DNA from: an uncultured delta proteobacterium | GTDB lineage: Bacteria; Desulfobacterota; Desulfomonilia; Desulfomonilales; Desulfomonilaceae | Direction: 5' to 3' | DNA: 64,000 nucleotides | Assembly: GCA_963789265.1 (NCBI GenBank) | Contig: CAWBKB010000001.1 | Span: 2,464,001 to 2,528,000, forward strand | Shown: positions 9,239 through 19,607 of the stretch, in pieces | Position numbering within the stretch: the stretch's first letter is position 1 | Layout of the letters: every line of letters starts with the position of its first letter | Made by a program: the position numbers and the translations under genes | Notes under the pieces: model-generated | What the model was told of the DNA's origin: nothing | The model's input: the letters and a program-made list of their open reading frames with translations, nothing else | Database searches by the model: none

Positions 9239-10286
9239 ATGGCTGTGATAGATCCCCACGAACTCGTCAATGCGGTTTCTACGATTGAGGAATCTGTACG
9301 GCTTCGTACCGAAATTGCCAGCTACGTGCTAGGCGCGTTGGCGATCCCGGTGGTTCTGCATTTTCATCTGCTGCCGACGGTTTTCGCTGGACTTACGGTT
9401 CATGTGCTCACGGTCAAGCTCGCTAGACGGCTTCCCGTGCAATGGCGGGGGCTGGGGCACAAGTTCGCGTCAGCCGCGTTAGCCGTTGTGGTCGTGTTGC
9501 TTTTGCTCGGCGCCGGCGTGGGGCTCTGGTCGTTTCTCCGCGGCAGCCAAGGCATGGCTGCACTATTGGGCATCGCGGCCGAGACTTTGGATAATGTCAG
9601 ACGCAGCCTGCCGCCCGAAATAGCCCAAGCCATGCCTCCGACGATAGAAGATCTCCGTGAGCAGATCACCAATGTGCTGCGCGAGCATGCCCATAACGTC
9701 TCCGCGGTAGGAATGGCAGGGATACGAACGCTGGTATATGTAATCTTCGGAATGGTTATTGGGGGGATGACCGCGCTACATCATTTCGATCCTTCCAACC
9801 AGGGACCACTGGTTGCTGCACTTTACGCTCGGACCGGAACATTGGCGGACGCGTTCGACAAGGTGGTATTCGCGCAGGTAAAGATTTCTGCACTGAACAC
9901 GACCTTGACCGCGATCTATTTGTTGGTGGTCTTGCCGCTTTGCGGTTTTCACTTGCCGATGGCGCAAGTTTCTTATCCCGCTCACCTTTGTCACCGGTCT
10001 CCTTCTCGTGGTGGGCAACCTGATTTCCAACACGGCTATTGTGCTGATCAGCCTGCACGTTTCACTGGTCGCGGCCCTGTCTTCGCTTGCTTTTCTAGTC
10101 GCGATCCACAAACTCGAGTATTTCTTTAACGCTCGTATCGTGGGTGGGCAGGTGCAGGCCAGCGCATGGGAACTGGTTTCCGCGATGCTGGTTATGGAGG
10201 CGGTGTTCGGAGCGCCGGGCCTGATCGTGGCCCCGGTGGCGTACGCGTGGCTTAAATCGGAGTTAAGGGCAAAGAACCTGATTTGA
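9239..10286 (+). CDS. AI-2E family transporter, frameshifted near 9966
   Basis: VVFAQVKISALNT and HKLEYFFNARIVG..WEL..AMLVMEAVFG motifs lie in two frames; removing one C restores MAKFLIPLTFVTGLL. Confidence 0.85.
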
Positions 10287-10356
10287 CGGCGTATCTCCAA
10301 GAGGCAGCCTGACCGGCGCGATCGCCAAAACCTTCGGCCGCGGTCAGAAAAGGCAC

Positions 10357-10396
10357 TTGTGAATCCTCCAGCTAAATGTTATATTAAAATATAACA
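10357..10396 (+). promoter_or_regulatory. Sigma-70 promoter with overlapping palindromic operator of the TA operon
   Basis: TTGTGA-N17-TATATT (10357-10385); perfect inverted repeat TGTTATATT-AA-AATATAACA (10377-10396). Confidence 0.8.
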
Positions 10397-10408
10397 ATGG
10401 AGGGCGCC

Positions 10409-10666
10409 ATGTATACAACCAATTTGCGAAAGGTCGGCGGCTCTGTGATGCTGGCCGTCCCCCCCGCTCTGCTCGACATGCTGCACCTGCGGCCCGGAGC
10501 AAAGGTTGGCATTGCTGTAGAGAGCGAGCGGTTGATAGTGGAGCCTCAGAAACGGCCTCGATACAGCCTGGAGGAACTCCTTGCACAGTGCGACCCCAAG
10601 GCCCACCGAACCGTAGAAGAGCGTGAGTGGCTCGATGACAAAGCGGTTGGCGACGAGCTGATCTGA
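10409..10666 (+). CDS. AbrB/MazE/PemI-family antitoxin
   Basis: MYTTNLRKVGGSVMLAVPPALL, RPRYSLEELLAQCD, EREWLD; GGAGG RBS; stop overlaps toxin start. Confidence 0.92.
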   Translation: MYTTNLRKVGGSVMLAVPPALLDMLHLRPGAKVGIAVESERLIVEPQKRPRYSLEELLAQCDPKAHRTVEEREWLDDKAVGDELI

Positions 10667-10998
10667 TGAAGCGGGGTGAAATCTGGCTGGTCGGGCTTGA
10701 TCCCGCGGCAGGACATGAGCAAAAAGGCCGGCGGCCGGTGCTGATTGTGTCACCGGAGGCATTCAACCAGGTTACCGAGGTACCAGTAGTTGTTCCAATT
10801 ACCACCGGTGGTAGTTTCGCTCGAACAGCGGGCTTTGCCGTGCCTCTGACGGGTGCGGAAACCAGGACGACGGGTGTTGTGCGGTGCGACCAACCTCGGG
10901 CTGTGAACGTCGCCGCGCACAACGGTAAAAGGTTGGAAAACGTCCCCGACGACATCATGGACGAAGTATTAGCGAAGCTGGCCCCGATTTTTGAGTAG
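10666..10998 (+). CDS. PemK/MazF-family endoribonuclease toxin
   Basis: MKRGEIWLVGLDPAAGHEQKGRRPVLIVSP..FN, GVVRCDQPR. Confidence 0.95.
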   Translation: MKRGEIWLVGLDPAAGHEQKGRRPVLIVSPEAFNQVTEVPVVVPITTGGSFARTAGFAVPLTGAETRTTGVVRCDQPRAVNVAAHNGKRLENVPDDIMDEVLAKLAPIFE

Positions 10999-11011
10999 GT
11001 TTCGGATGCAC

Positions 11012-11038
11012 CCTTAATTGGTCGTCATGCCGACTCAT
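11012..11038 (-). pseudogene. First nine codons of a probable HEPN (DUF86/HepT-like) toxin gene
   Basis: ATG overlapping the end of the MNT gene reads MSRHDDQLR, then runs into the antisense of the PemK-type gene. Confidence 0.45.
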
Positions 11039-11235
11039 ACTGGATTTCTGCCTCGCTCAGAATCTGGTCACGAAGGTATTTGCCCAAGAATCCCTGTGTG
11101 TTGAGGTCCACTTTTCTTCCAAGGAGCAGAGAAAGTTCATGTTCGATGGTAAAGAAATTCAGGCCCACCGCGGTGCCTGGCTCAAACTCCACGAGGACGT
11201 CGACATCACTCTCTTCACTGAAATCATCACGACGG
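11025..11235 (-). pseudogene. 5'-truncated minimal nucleotidyltransferase (MNT antitoxin)
   Basis: RDDFSEESDVDVLVEF..ELSLLLGRKVDLNT retained; N-terminal helix and FGS motif absent. Confidence 0.75.
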
Positions 11236-11319
11236 ACAGCCCTCACGCACCAGGCTAACATCGAGCAAGGAGCTCAATCGCTCGGCTGCAACTGCGTACA
11301 ACCCCTTCCTGCCAGGTAA

Positions 11320-11832
11320 TTACATGTCCAGGGTGTATTCCCGATAACAATGCTTGCCCTGATGCATAAGGCAGCCATGCACTTCGGGAGTCACCCGAAA
11401 CCCTATGCCCAAGGCCTTGAGCCAGGCTTCCACCCGGTAAAAGATGCCGCAATCATAATCGTCCAGCGCCCCGATTCGCTCAACACCCTTGTATGCGAAA
11501 CACTGCCCTTCGGGTACGTCCCAGCGCACCACATTGTTGCCGGGATATTGGCGGCGAAACTGCATAAAATCCGCTCCAATCACTTCAAATGCCCCTTCGA
11601 TGAAGTCTTTCAACTGCTCGTAGGTCGTGACTTCATCCACACCCATTACCTTTTTCAAGCGTGGAATTTCGAACGCGCTCATGGACTGTATGGCCGCCCG
11701 ATTCAGGTCGCTGGCTGTTTTCGCGCCACATTTCTGAAACACATTGTAAAACCACATACCGTCATGAGTCATCCAGCCCATGCACAGAAATTCTCGCAAA
11801 TCCCTTTTATCGATGCTTTCCAAAATACCCAT
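11320..11832 (-). CDS. Conserved hypothetical protein (DUF6125-like)
   Basis: AAGGAGG RBS; WMTHDGMWF motif; four conserved-looking Cys (QCFAY, DCG, GCLM, HC). Confidence 0.7.
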   Translation of the reverse strand: MGILESIDKRDLREFLCMGWMTHDGMWFYNVFQKCGAKTASDLNRAAIQSMSAFEIPRLKKVMGVDEVTTYEQLKDFIEGAFEVIGADFMQFRRQYPGNNVVRWDVPEGQCFAYKGVERIGALDDYDCGIFYRVEAWLKALGIGFRVTPEVHGCLMHQGKHCYREYTLDM

Positions 11833-11961
11833 AATGCCCTCCTTTACTGCTGTGGCCTTAAGGATTGCCAAACAGCCCTTCCAATAAGCTCCTTGGCTTG
11901 CCAGATGTCCGTAAACGCTATTCCCTGCACCCAAAGCCGGGTAAATTCCTGACAAGCTCGC

Positions 11962-12091
11962 GTAGGATGCGGTGAACCCAGCGAAAGCTGGTTGAACCGC
12001 ATCGATTACGAAAAACCTAGACGGCGACCCTCAACGTCCGAGACGCGACAGATGCGGTTCACTCCCTGCTAAGAGGCTCACCACATCCTAC
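11962..12091. repeat. GTAG-type REP doublet (REPIN-like)
   Basis: GTAGGATGCGGTGAAC..GAACCGCATC and inverted partner GATGCGGTTCAC..CTCACCACATCCTAC. Confidence 0.8.
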
Positions 12092-12096
12092 ACGAC

Positions 12097-12157
12097 CAAA
12101 ATCCCCCCTAACCTCCCTTTATGAAAGGGGAGAATAGATCGGTAAGTCAGCGCCTAT
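12097..12157. repeat. REP-like element, family D
   Basis: CAAAATCCCCCCTAACCTCCCTTTATGAAAGGGGAG..TAAGTCAGCGCCTAT, similar to 663-735. Confidence 0.6.
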
Positions 12158-12281
12158 CGCCGAGCCCGCGAATTATGAATAGCAATCATCTGATGGAATG
12201 GAACTGAGGCACCATACCACCCGACGAACTGTTCCGGCAAGGCAAATCGTCAATTTCAGAGCCATTGGGGAGGGAAGAGAC

Positions 12282-12941
12282 ATGGCTGGACCAAAAATTC
12301 TTATATGTGAAGGCGAAGGAATTGTGGCACTGGATCTTCAGAAAAGCTTGCATGATATGGGATACCAAGCTCCTGTAGTGGTTTCTACAACAAAGGAGGC
12401 GGTTGAAATCGCGCTCTCGATGAATCCGGACCTCATCCTGACCGGAACACATCTTCAGCGCAGGCATGACGGGATCGAGGCCGTGGAGGAAATCAGGGCC
12501 CTAGTGAATGTGCCGGTCATTTATTTGACCGCGGATTCCAGGGCCAACACTCTGCAACGTGCGAGTTGCACTCGCCCATACGCATACTTGCTCAAGCCTT
12601 TTCGACTGGATCAGGTGCACGCCTCCATCCAACTGGCCCTTTACAATCATAGGCTGGACGCAACAGCAAGGCAGGACGAGTCCGGACCGGACCGACAGAA
12701 AATCTTAAGAGGAATAAGTCCTCGGGATAAGAGCGGTCCTACAGAGGTACCCACCGATGGCTGCCAAACCGGTGGCTCGTCAGAACAGATAATTCCGATA
12801 TGCTCGTGCTGCAAACAAATACGGGACGACTGCGGCATCTGGATACAGCCGGAGGATTACTTCAGAGACCATTTCAACTTCATGTTCACCCATACACTCT
12901 GTCCTGAATGCGTGAAGGTTCTGCGGCCGCAGCACAGATGA
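12282..12941 (+). CDS. Atypical response-regulator receiver protein with C-terminal Cys-rich domain
   Basis: GGGGAGG RBS; receiver-type motifs (PVIYLTA, YLLKPF); IPICSCCKQIRDD..FTHTLCPEC tail. Confidence 0.85.
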   Translation: MAGPKILICEGEGIVALDLQKSLHDMGYQAPVVVSTTKEAVEIALSMNPDLILTGTHLQRRHDGIEAVEEIRALVNVPVIYLTADSRANTLQRASCTRPYAYLLKPFRLDQVHASIQLALYNHRLDATARQDESGPDRQKILRGISPRDKSGPTEVPTDGCQTGGSSEQIIPICSCCKQIRDDCGIWIQPEDYFRDHFNFMFTHTLCPECVKVLRPQHR

Positions 12942-13116
12942 TGTCGGGCGCCATCGCGCATACGGGCATTATTGCAAATGTCATCGCGAAAGGTTGGGCA
13001 GGCAGGGCAAAGTGACTATAATGGAGATTGCATTCGGTTCCACCGCAATCTAGGCGCTGTTCGCGGATATCATTGCGGGTCCACCATTCTGCAGGATGAA
13101 GCCGTCTTTTTTGCTT

Positions 13117-13167
13117 GGACGGGCATCATGCCGGTCGCTTGATGACGGGCAGGATGCCCGTCCCACC
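13117..13167. repeat. GTGG-type REP pair
   Basis: Minus-strand GGTGGGACGGGCATCCTGCCCGTC (13144-13167) plus degenerate partner 13117-13136. Confidence 0.7.
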
Positions 13168-13230
13168 GAAGCCCGACGCCGCCCTGCCGACGACTCGATG
13201 ACAACCCCGCTTGCCGCGGGGAGGCCGGTC

Positions 13231-13830
13231 CTACTGAATCTCCTCGGACACGGGGTTGCGTTCCCTGAACTGCGCTCTCGTACCTTCTGCAACCAGGTTC
13301 AGCGGGCAGGCGAAATTCATGCATTGAGTGCAAAAAAACATCCTGACAGTCATGTAATATACAGCCAACACGACTACATATACGATCAACAGGAACCATT
13401 GGCCGCCCAGCAGAATGAAAACCAGTGGGTAGACAAAAACTGTAATCAGTCCAGCCAGGAACAAAAACTTCTCGACTGCGGACATGGGGCCGGCCCGGGG
13501 GCGCCACAGTTTCATTGCTCCATAATTGGCCCAGCATTTCAACGTACGGCCCGGCTCGGCATAGTGAGGGCAATGAGAGCACATGACCCGTATTTCGAGA
13601 AACCCGAAATACCCGACGATCAAGAGCAACCACAGCGCCAACATCCACCCGCTGATATGATATATACCGGCGCCTCCAAGAAGAAACGAAGGTGCGGATA
13701 ACAGCATGAATTGACCCAAATCGCGCAATTTGAAATGGCAGTGCAGCTCTTCTCCGGCCGGACAGCCGGCGCAACTCTCAGCCACGCATGTGGCCAGAGG
13801 TTTTTCAGGATCCAGAAACCACATCGACAC
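13231..13830 (-). CDS. Hypothetical 4-TM membrane protein with three Cys clusters
   Basis: Two pairs of hydrophobic helices; CxxxxCxxC..HCH, CSHCPHY..C and CTQCMNFACP motifs. Confidence 0.75.
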   Translation of the reverse strand: MSMWFLDPEKPLATCVAESCAGCPAGEELHCHFKLRDLGQFMLLSAPSFLLGGAGIYHISGWMLALWLLLIVGYFGFLEIRVMCSHCPHYAEPGRTLKCWANYGAMKLWRPRAGPMSAVEKFLFLAGLITVFVYPLVFILLGGQWFLLIVYVVVLAVYYMTVRMFFCTQCMNFACPLNLVAEGTRAQFRERNPVSEEIQ

Positions 13831-13977
13831 TTCCTTGCGCCGGAACCAACAGGAACCGCATCATTGGCGTTCTCTTCTCGCCGGGGATACGGTTCACCTG
13901 CGGCTGGGGAGATAACTACATCCTACGCAACTGTTTGCAAAACGTAGAAGTCAGGGGTCGGAAAATACGACGAGATT

Positions 13978-15924
13978 CTACTTCTTTCCCTCTTCTTTCA
14001 CCTCTTCAAAGTCTGCATCCACCACGTCTTCTTCCGGCCTAGCCGACGTTCCTCCCGTTCCCGCGTGCGCGGCACCGGCATCGCCTGCGGATTCTGCCCC
14101 GCCTCCGGCGCCGGCGGCAGCCTGCTGGTACATGGCTTCCGCGAGCTTGTGAGAAGCAGTTTGCAGCTCTTCCATCGCGGACTTGATGGCGTCGGTATCG
14201 GATCCTTCCATAGCGCTCTTTGTTTTGCTGACAGCCGCTTCTATGGCGCTCTTTACCGACGAATCCACTTTGTCCCCGTGCTCTTTCAAGGATTTTTCGG
14301 TCATGTACACCAGCGAATCCGCCTGGTTGCGGGCCTCGATGAGGTCGCGCTTCTTCCGGTCTTCCTCCGCGTGCGCCTCCGCGTCCTGAACCATCTTTTT
14401 GATCTCTTCTTCGGACAAGCCGCTTGAAGCCGTGATCTTGATGGACTGCTCCTTGCCGGTCCCGAGATCTTTGGCGGAAACGTGCACGATGCCGTTGGCA
14501 TCTATATCGAAGGTAACCTCTATCTGCGGGATTCCCCTGGGCGCGGGCGGAATACCGACCAACTCGAATCGGCCCAAGGTCTTGTTGTCGCCCGCCATCT
14601 GCCGTTCACCCTGCAGCACGTGAATGGAAACTGAAGGCTGATTGTCAGAGGCAGTCGAGAATATCTGGCTTTTTCTCGTCGGGATAGTGGTGTTTTTCTC
14701 GATGAGACGAGTAAAGACACCGCCGAGAGTTTCAATGCCCAGAGAGAGTGGGGTCACATCCAGCAGGAGCACGTCCTTCACATCGCCCCTGAGCACTGCG
14801 CCCTGAATGGCCGCACCGATTGCCACCACCTCGTCGGGGTTGACTCCCTTGTGGGGTTCCTTGCCAAACAATTCCTTGACTTTGGCTTGCACTGCCGGCA
14901 TTCGGGTCATCCCGCCTACCAGAATCACTTCGTCAATTTGTGCTGCCGTAAGATTGGCGTCCTTGAGAGCAGTACGGCACGGCCCTATCGTCCTCTCGAT
15001 GAGGTCTCCCACAAGGGCTTCCAGTTTGGACCGTGAGAGTTTCATCGTCATGTGTTTGGGGCCTGAAGCGTCAGCAGTGATGAACGGAAGATTGATGTCT
15101 GTCTCCATGGAGGTGCTGAGTTCGCACTTCGCCTTTTCCGCGGCTTCCTTCAGACGTTGGAGAGCCATTCTATCGGTCCGAAGATCTATGCCCTGGTCTT
15201 TCCTGAACTCATCAGCCAGGTAATCAATTATTCGCTGATCGAAATCCTCGCCGCCCAGGTGCGTGTCACCGTGTGTGGACTTCACCTCGAAGACACCTTC
15301 GCCAATCTCCAGGATGGATATGTCGAACGTTCCACCGCCCAGGTCATAGACGGCCACCTTTTCTTCTTTCTTTTTGTCCAGGCCGTATGCCAGAGATGCG
15401 GCGGTCGGTTCGTTAATGATCCGCAACACATTCAAGCCTGCGATCCGGCCTGCATCCTTTGTGGCTTGACGCTGAGAGTCGTTAAAGTACGCCGGGACGG
15501 TTACCACCGCGTCCTTCACTTCTTCTCCCAGATAGTCTTCGGCGGTTTGCTTCATCTTCTGCAGAATCATCGCCGAAATTTCTGCGGGGCTATACTGCTT
15601 GCCTCTTACCGATACGGCAGCGTCCCCGGCTTTCCCTTCCACGATCTTGAAGGCGATAATTTTCACATCGGCTTGTACTTCAGGGGAGTTGAACTTCCGG
15701 CCGACAAGCCTTTTGATGGCGAACAAGGTATTTTCCGGATTAGTGATTGCCTGTCGTTTCGCCACTTGTCCTACAAGCCGTTCCCCCGAATCGGTGAAAG
15801 CAACCATGGACGGAGTAGTTCGTCCCCCTTCCGAATTCGGGATAACCACAGGGTCCCCGCCTTCCATTATCGCCACGCAAGAGTTCGTGGTTCCAAGATC
15901 TATTCCAATGACTTTACCGGCCAT
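13978..15924 (-). CDS. dnaK: Molecular chaperone DnaK
   Basis: [31 protein letters not shown]. Confidence 0.99.
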   Translation of the reverse strand: MAGKVIGIDLGTTNSCVAIMEGGDPVVIPNSEGGRTTPSMVAFTDSGERLVGQVAKRQAITNPENTLFAIKRLVGRKFNSPEVQADVKIIAFKIVEGKAGDAAVSVRGKQYSPAEISAMILQKMKQTAEDYLGEEVKDAVVTVPAYFNDSQRQATKDAGRIAGLNVLRIINEPTAASLAYGLDKKKEEKVAVYDLGGGTFDISILEIGEGVFEVKSTHGDTHLGGEDFDQRIIDYLADEFRKDQGIDLRTDRMALQRLKEAAEKAKCELSTSMETDINLPFITADASGPKHMTMKLSRSKLEALVGDLIERTIGPCRTALKDANLTAAQIDEVILVGGMTRMPAVQAKVKELFGKEPHKGVNPDEVVAIGAAIQGAVLRGDVKDVLLLDVTPLSLGIETLGGVFTRLIEKNTTIPTRKSQIFSTASDNQPSVSIHVLQGERQMAGDNKTLGRFELVGIPPAPRGIPQIEVTFDIDANGIVHVSAKDLGTGKEQSIKITASSGLSEEEIKKMVQDAEAHAEEDRKKRDLIEARNQADSLVYMTEKSLKEHGDKVDSSVKSAIEAAVSKTKSAMEGSDTDAIKSAMEELQTASHKLAEAMYQQAAAGAGGGAESAGDAGAAHAGTGGTSARPEEDVVDADFEEVKEEGKK

Positions 15925-15990
15925 CTTCTCCTCCTACCGCACTTTTTATTATCACGGTCTTTTTTTCTTGATTTTGAGCTTACAATCGCC

Positions 15991-16632
15991 CTATTTCTCT
16001 ACGTCGACGGCAACCACCACCCTTGCAGGCCGCAACAGTCGGTCTTGGTACATGTATCCCTTTTCCATTTGCTCGACGACCTGATTCGCCGGTTTGTCCC
16101 CTGCCGGTACCCGTGCTATCGCCTCATGCAGATTTGGGTCAAAAGTTTCTCCCAGTGCTTTTATCTCCTTGACGCCATACCGCGCGAGTACCTCGCCGAA
16201 CATTTTGGCGATCATACAGACACCGTCCGCCAGCGCATCGGATCTGCCCGCTTCGTCACAGTGCATCTGAGCCCGCTCCAGGTTGTCCACCACCGCAAGA
16301 AGGTCCCGCAAAATCTCCTCATTTTTGTATTTCAAGAACTTGCTCTTTTCCTGCAAACTCCGTTTCTTGTAATTCTCCAGTTCCGCCACGGCGCGAATCC
16401 AGCGGTCGCGGTTCTCTTCGGCCTCTTTTAACGCTTTCTCCAATGGGTCAGGCTCAGGCTGACTCACTTCTTGCGCTTTTTCGCCTTCGGCCTCGTTCTC
16501 GGACACTGGTGTCAAATCGGTGCGAGCATGTTCTTCGAGGGCTTTTTCTTTTCTTCGACGCATCTCTCGTAAGTCGATAGGCTCTGAGCCTTTCGGTTCG
16601 CTGCTATCGTGTTCAGTCACCTTGACCTCCAC
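15991..16632 (-). CDS. grpE: Nucleotide exchange factor GrpE
   Basis: RAVAELENYKKR, VDNLERA, FDPNLHEA, KGY...DRLLRPARVVV; directly upstream of dnaK. Confidence 0.97.
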   Translation of the reverse strand: MEVKVTEHDSSEPKGSEPIDLREMRRRKEKALEEHARTDLTPVSENEAEGEKAQEVSQPEPDPLEKALKEAEENRDRWIRAVAELENYKKRSLQEKSKFLKYKNEEILRDLLAVVDNLERAQMHCDEAGRSDALADGVCMIAKMFGEVLARYGVKEIKALGETFDPNLHEAIARVPAGDKPANQVVEQMEKGYMYQDRLLRPARVVVAVDVEK

Positions 16633-17028
16633 TGAAACTGCTGATCGCTCTCCGCGAAAATAATTCGGGCAAACATCCGGTCCGGCAGCAAGATGCGCGA
16701 TTCGGTGTTTCCAGTTATATGCCGTCCAGGGGATTAGGTTTACAAACGGCCCTCAATTCTCTCTCTCGGCAAAATAACTAATTATACCCAAATGTTAGTT
16801 CCTTGCCATGCTCACACATACATTTGGGCACACCCCCGTTCGTTGTCAAGAGGACCTAATGAACGGAGTCAACATTCCGAGACGGGAAAGACCAACGAAG
16901 CGCTTAGAGTGGTGCCGCTATGATTTGGATTCCTGATCGTTAGGCAAGTTGTTTCTCAGCGACCGACAAATAAGTTGTTCTTGTGGATCCGGACTGTGAC
17001 AGCTAATCCATCAATGCCAATCCACAGT

Positions 17029-17541
17029 CTAATCGCGTTGGAAGGTGGCTGTGCTAAGCTCAACCCCCAATTGATGCAGCCTGTCCCTGAAGTCTTCGAT
17101 CAGCCGTGTTAATTCGAGTCGATCCACGTCATGATAGGACATCAGCAGAACGACCTTTTCGGGGCTTGGATCACCTCCCACTGTTTGAATCGCTTGGTAC
17201 CTTTCCGCCAAGTGCTTGAGATGCTCAAGCACCTCGCCCATGCCCTGATACCTGTCGGCAGGGTTCTTTTGTGTCGCCTTTCCTATGAAATCAGCTACTT
17301 CTGCGGGCAGGTCGGAATTCACGGCACCAGCGTCAGGGAACGGCATTTCTCGATGAGCCATCAACACGTCAGCCACATTCGGCCCGGGAAACGGCTTTCG
17401 GCCTGTGAACATTTCGAATGCTGTGATGCCCAGGGAGTAGGTGTCCGTTCTCTCATCAACAGGATCCATGTCTATTTGCTCGGGAGCCATGTAGTACGGC
17501 GTTCCCACGAGGTCCAGCTCCTGCCCCACCCCTGCCCTTTT
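17029..17541 (-). pseudogene. C-terminal fragment of a Hanks-type Ser/Thr protein kinase
   Basis: GTPYYMAPEQ, D.RTDTYSLG..FEMFTGRKPF, KNPADRY present; everything up to DFG is missing. Confidence 0.85.
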
Positions 17542-17617
17542 TCGTCGTTTCACTCCTCGCAATGACATTCCCGCTACCTCTCATTGCGAGTCCACGGGAC
17601 GCGGGACGAAGCAATCT
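17540..17617. repeat. Two family A half-elements
   Basis: TTCGTCG..CCTCGCAATGACA followed by TCATTGCGAG..CGAAGCAATCT. Confidence 0.75.
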
Positions 17618-17667
17618 TTTCTTCGGTGCCAAATTCTTCACGTTACCGCATTTGCTGCATGGTGTAC

Positions 17668-19341
17668 TTAGCGTTTTCGCAAGAGCTTCTTGTCGACCTT
17701 TCCCACCGAGGTAAGCGGCATGGAATCGATGAATTCCACCACCTTTGGAACCTTATACGGCGCCATTTTATCTCTTGCGTACGCGACGAGTTCGCCTTCT
17801 ATTTCATCGTTGGGCTTGTCCTTGTATTCCGAGCTCTTTTGAACGAACAGCTTTACGATTTCACTGTCCGGACGCTCCGGGTTTGGAAGGCCGATCAGAG
17901 CGCACATACCGACGGCAGGGTGCTTGTAGAAGTGATCCTCGACTTCAATCGAAAACACCTTGTATCCACCCACTATGATCATGTCTTTTACACGATCCAC
18001 GATGTACACGTATCCATCTTCGTCCATACGGCCAATATCGCCAGTGTGCATCCACGCACATCCGTTGTGAGCCCGCAATGCTGTTTGTGTCTCTTCCGGC
18101 TGGTTCCAATATCCTTTCATTACCTGCGGACCGCTTGCCACCAGTTCGCCTTCTTTTCCCATTGGTACGGAGGTCACGCCGTCAATGGGATCCACAACAC
18201 GCAAGAGTGTATTGGGTAGAGGGAGCCCCACCGAACCACCCTTTTTCTTGCCTTTGATCGGGTTCGCGGTAATCACGGGACTCGTTTCCGTCATGCCCCA
18301 TACTTCGATCAACTTTGCCTCACCTATGACCGATTCCAGAACGGGTATGACATCCACCGGGAAAGGCGATGCGCCTGAGATCCAAGCTTTGAGTGACGAA
18401 AAGTCGAGCTTCTTGAATTCTGGATCGGCAAGGAGCATGAGTGTAAGCGAGGGAACATTACAGATCACCGTTGGTTTGTGCGCCGCAATGGCTTTTACGA
18501 TATACTGGAGGTTCCTGGGGTCCGGTATGAGCACCTGAGCATGACCGTGCGCCATCGCCCCGTTCGCCGTACCCAGGCCCGCCACGTGGAAGATTGGAAA
18601 AGCGGAGAGGTATATCTCTTGTCCTCTGATGATGGATTGATTCCAATGCTCACCCTGAATGATGTTGGCCATCATGTTTGAGTGGCTGAGTTCAGCTCCT
18701 TTGGGCCTGCCTGTAGTCCCTCCCGTGTACTGCACAAAGCATGTGTCTGCCGGTGACACTGTAATGTCCGAAACGTCTGTGGAAGCGGAGGCGAGAAAAC
18801 TCGCGAACGACATCACTTCCTTTCCTGCAAGAGGTGTTCCGGCAGGATACTGGGTTGTAATCGGCAGCATATCGGCAGCGCCGGTCACGAGAATCAGCTC
18901 GAGTTTCGGCAACCGGTCTGCGATTGCAGCAATCCTTGCGGCGAAAAGCAGGTCCAGCGTGAGGATAGCCTTGGCACCACTATCGTTGATCTGATAAGCC
19001 ATCTCGTCAGGACTTAACAACGGAGACACGCCTGATATCGCGCACCCGGCTCGTAACGACCCAACGAGTGCGATTAGATATTGAGGGGTGTTAGGCATGT
19101 GGATAGCCACTAGATCGCCTTTGGTCAGCCCTCTCTCGATTAGCGCTTTCGCAAAACGGCCACTTTTTTCCAGCAGTTCTCCGAACGTCATCGTCATTCC
19201 CATGTAATGCAACGCCGGCCGCTCTGAGAACTCTTTGAAAGTGTGGACAAAGTGGTCTTTGAGAGAGACGTTAGGAATCTCGATCTCCGCTTGCACACCG
19301 AGATCGTACGACTTAAGCCACGGCTTCTGCTCATAGATCAT
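17668..19341 (-). CDS. Long-chain-fatty-acid--CoA ligase (AMP-binding family)
   Basis: QYTGGTTGRPKGA, WGMTET, GPQVMKGYW, HTGDIG.MDEDGY.YIVDRVKDMI; AGGAGG RBS. Confidence 0.93.
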   Translation of the reverse strand: MIYEQKPWLKSYDLGVQAEIEIPNVSLKDHFVHTFKEFSERPALHYMGMTMTFGELLEKSGRFAKALIERGLTKGDLVAIHMPNTPQYLIALVGSLRAGCAISGVSPLLSPDEMAYQINDSGAKAILTLDLLFAARIAAIADRLPKLELILVTGAADMLPITTQYPAGTPLAGKEVMSFASFLASASTDVSDITVSPADTCFVQYTGGTTGRPKGAELSHSNMMANIIQGEHWNQSIIRGQEIYLSAFPIFHVAGLGTANGAMAHGHAQVLIPDPRNLQYIVKAIAAHKPTVICNVPSLTLMLLADPEFKKLDFSSLKAWISGASPFPVDVIPVLESVIGEAKLIEVWGMTETSPVITANPIKGKKKGGSVGLPLPNTLLRVVDPIDGVTSVPMGKEGELVASGPQVMKGYWNQPEETQTALRAHNGCAWMHTGDIGRMDEDGYVYIVDRVKDMIIVGGYKVFSIEVEDHFYKHPAVGMCALIGLPNPERPDSEIVKLFVQKSSEYKDKPNDEIEGELVAYARDKMAPYKVPKVVEFIDSMPLTSVGKVDKKLLRKR

Positions 19342-19607
19342 TGCAGCACCTCCTGTGCCGGGGACCTTTTCACAGTCCCCAGGTTGATCCATGTCAATCC
19401 GCTTCGATCCATTTAAGTCTTGAAAAAAGCTTATTGTATGGTAACCGGATTCCTCATTGCAAGATGCAGCTAAATCTTGTTTTCGGCCTTTTTTGGGAAA
19501 TTGCCTCTTTTTGCCTCCCAAAGGATGACTTCACAAGTTGGGTAAAGACGAGAAGGTGCGAGGGAAGAGCACCAGGGCGTTTTGGTGGCACACTTCAAAC
19601 AAAAAGC

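Noticed and set aside
15157..16431. 424-aa ORF antisense to dnaK/grpE and other long shadow ORFs (e.g. 3552-4235, 6173-6994, 49727-50449)
   Set aside because: Opposite well-conserved genes, no motifs or RBS; a codon-bias artefact
16640..16900. CIRCE/HrcA operator upstream of grpE-dnaK
   Set aside because: No TTAGCACTC-N9-GAGTGCTAA seen; a CTTGAC..CCCAAAT heat-shock-like promoter near 16822-16850 (minus) is too loose to call
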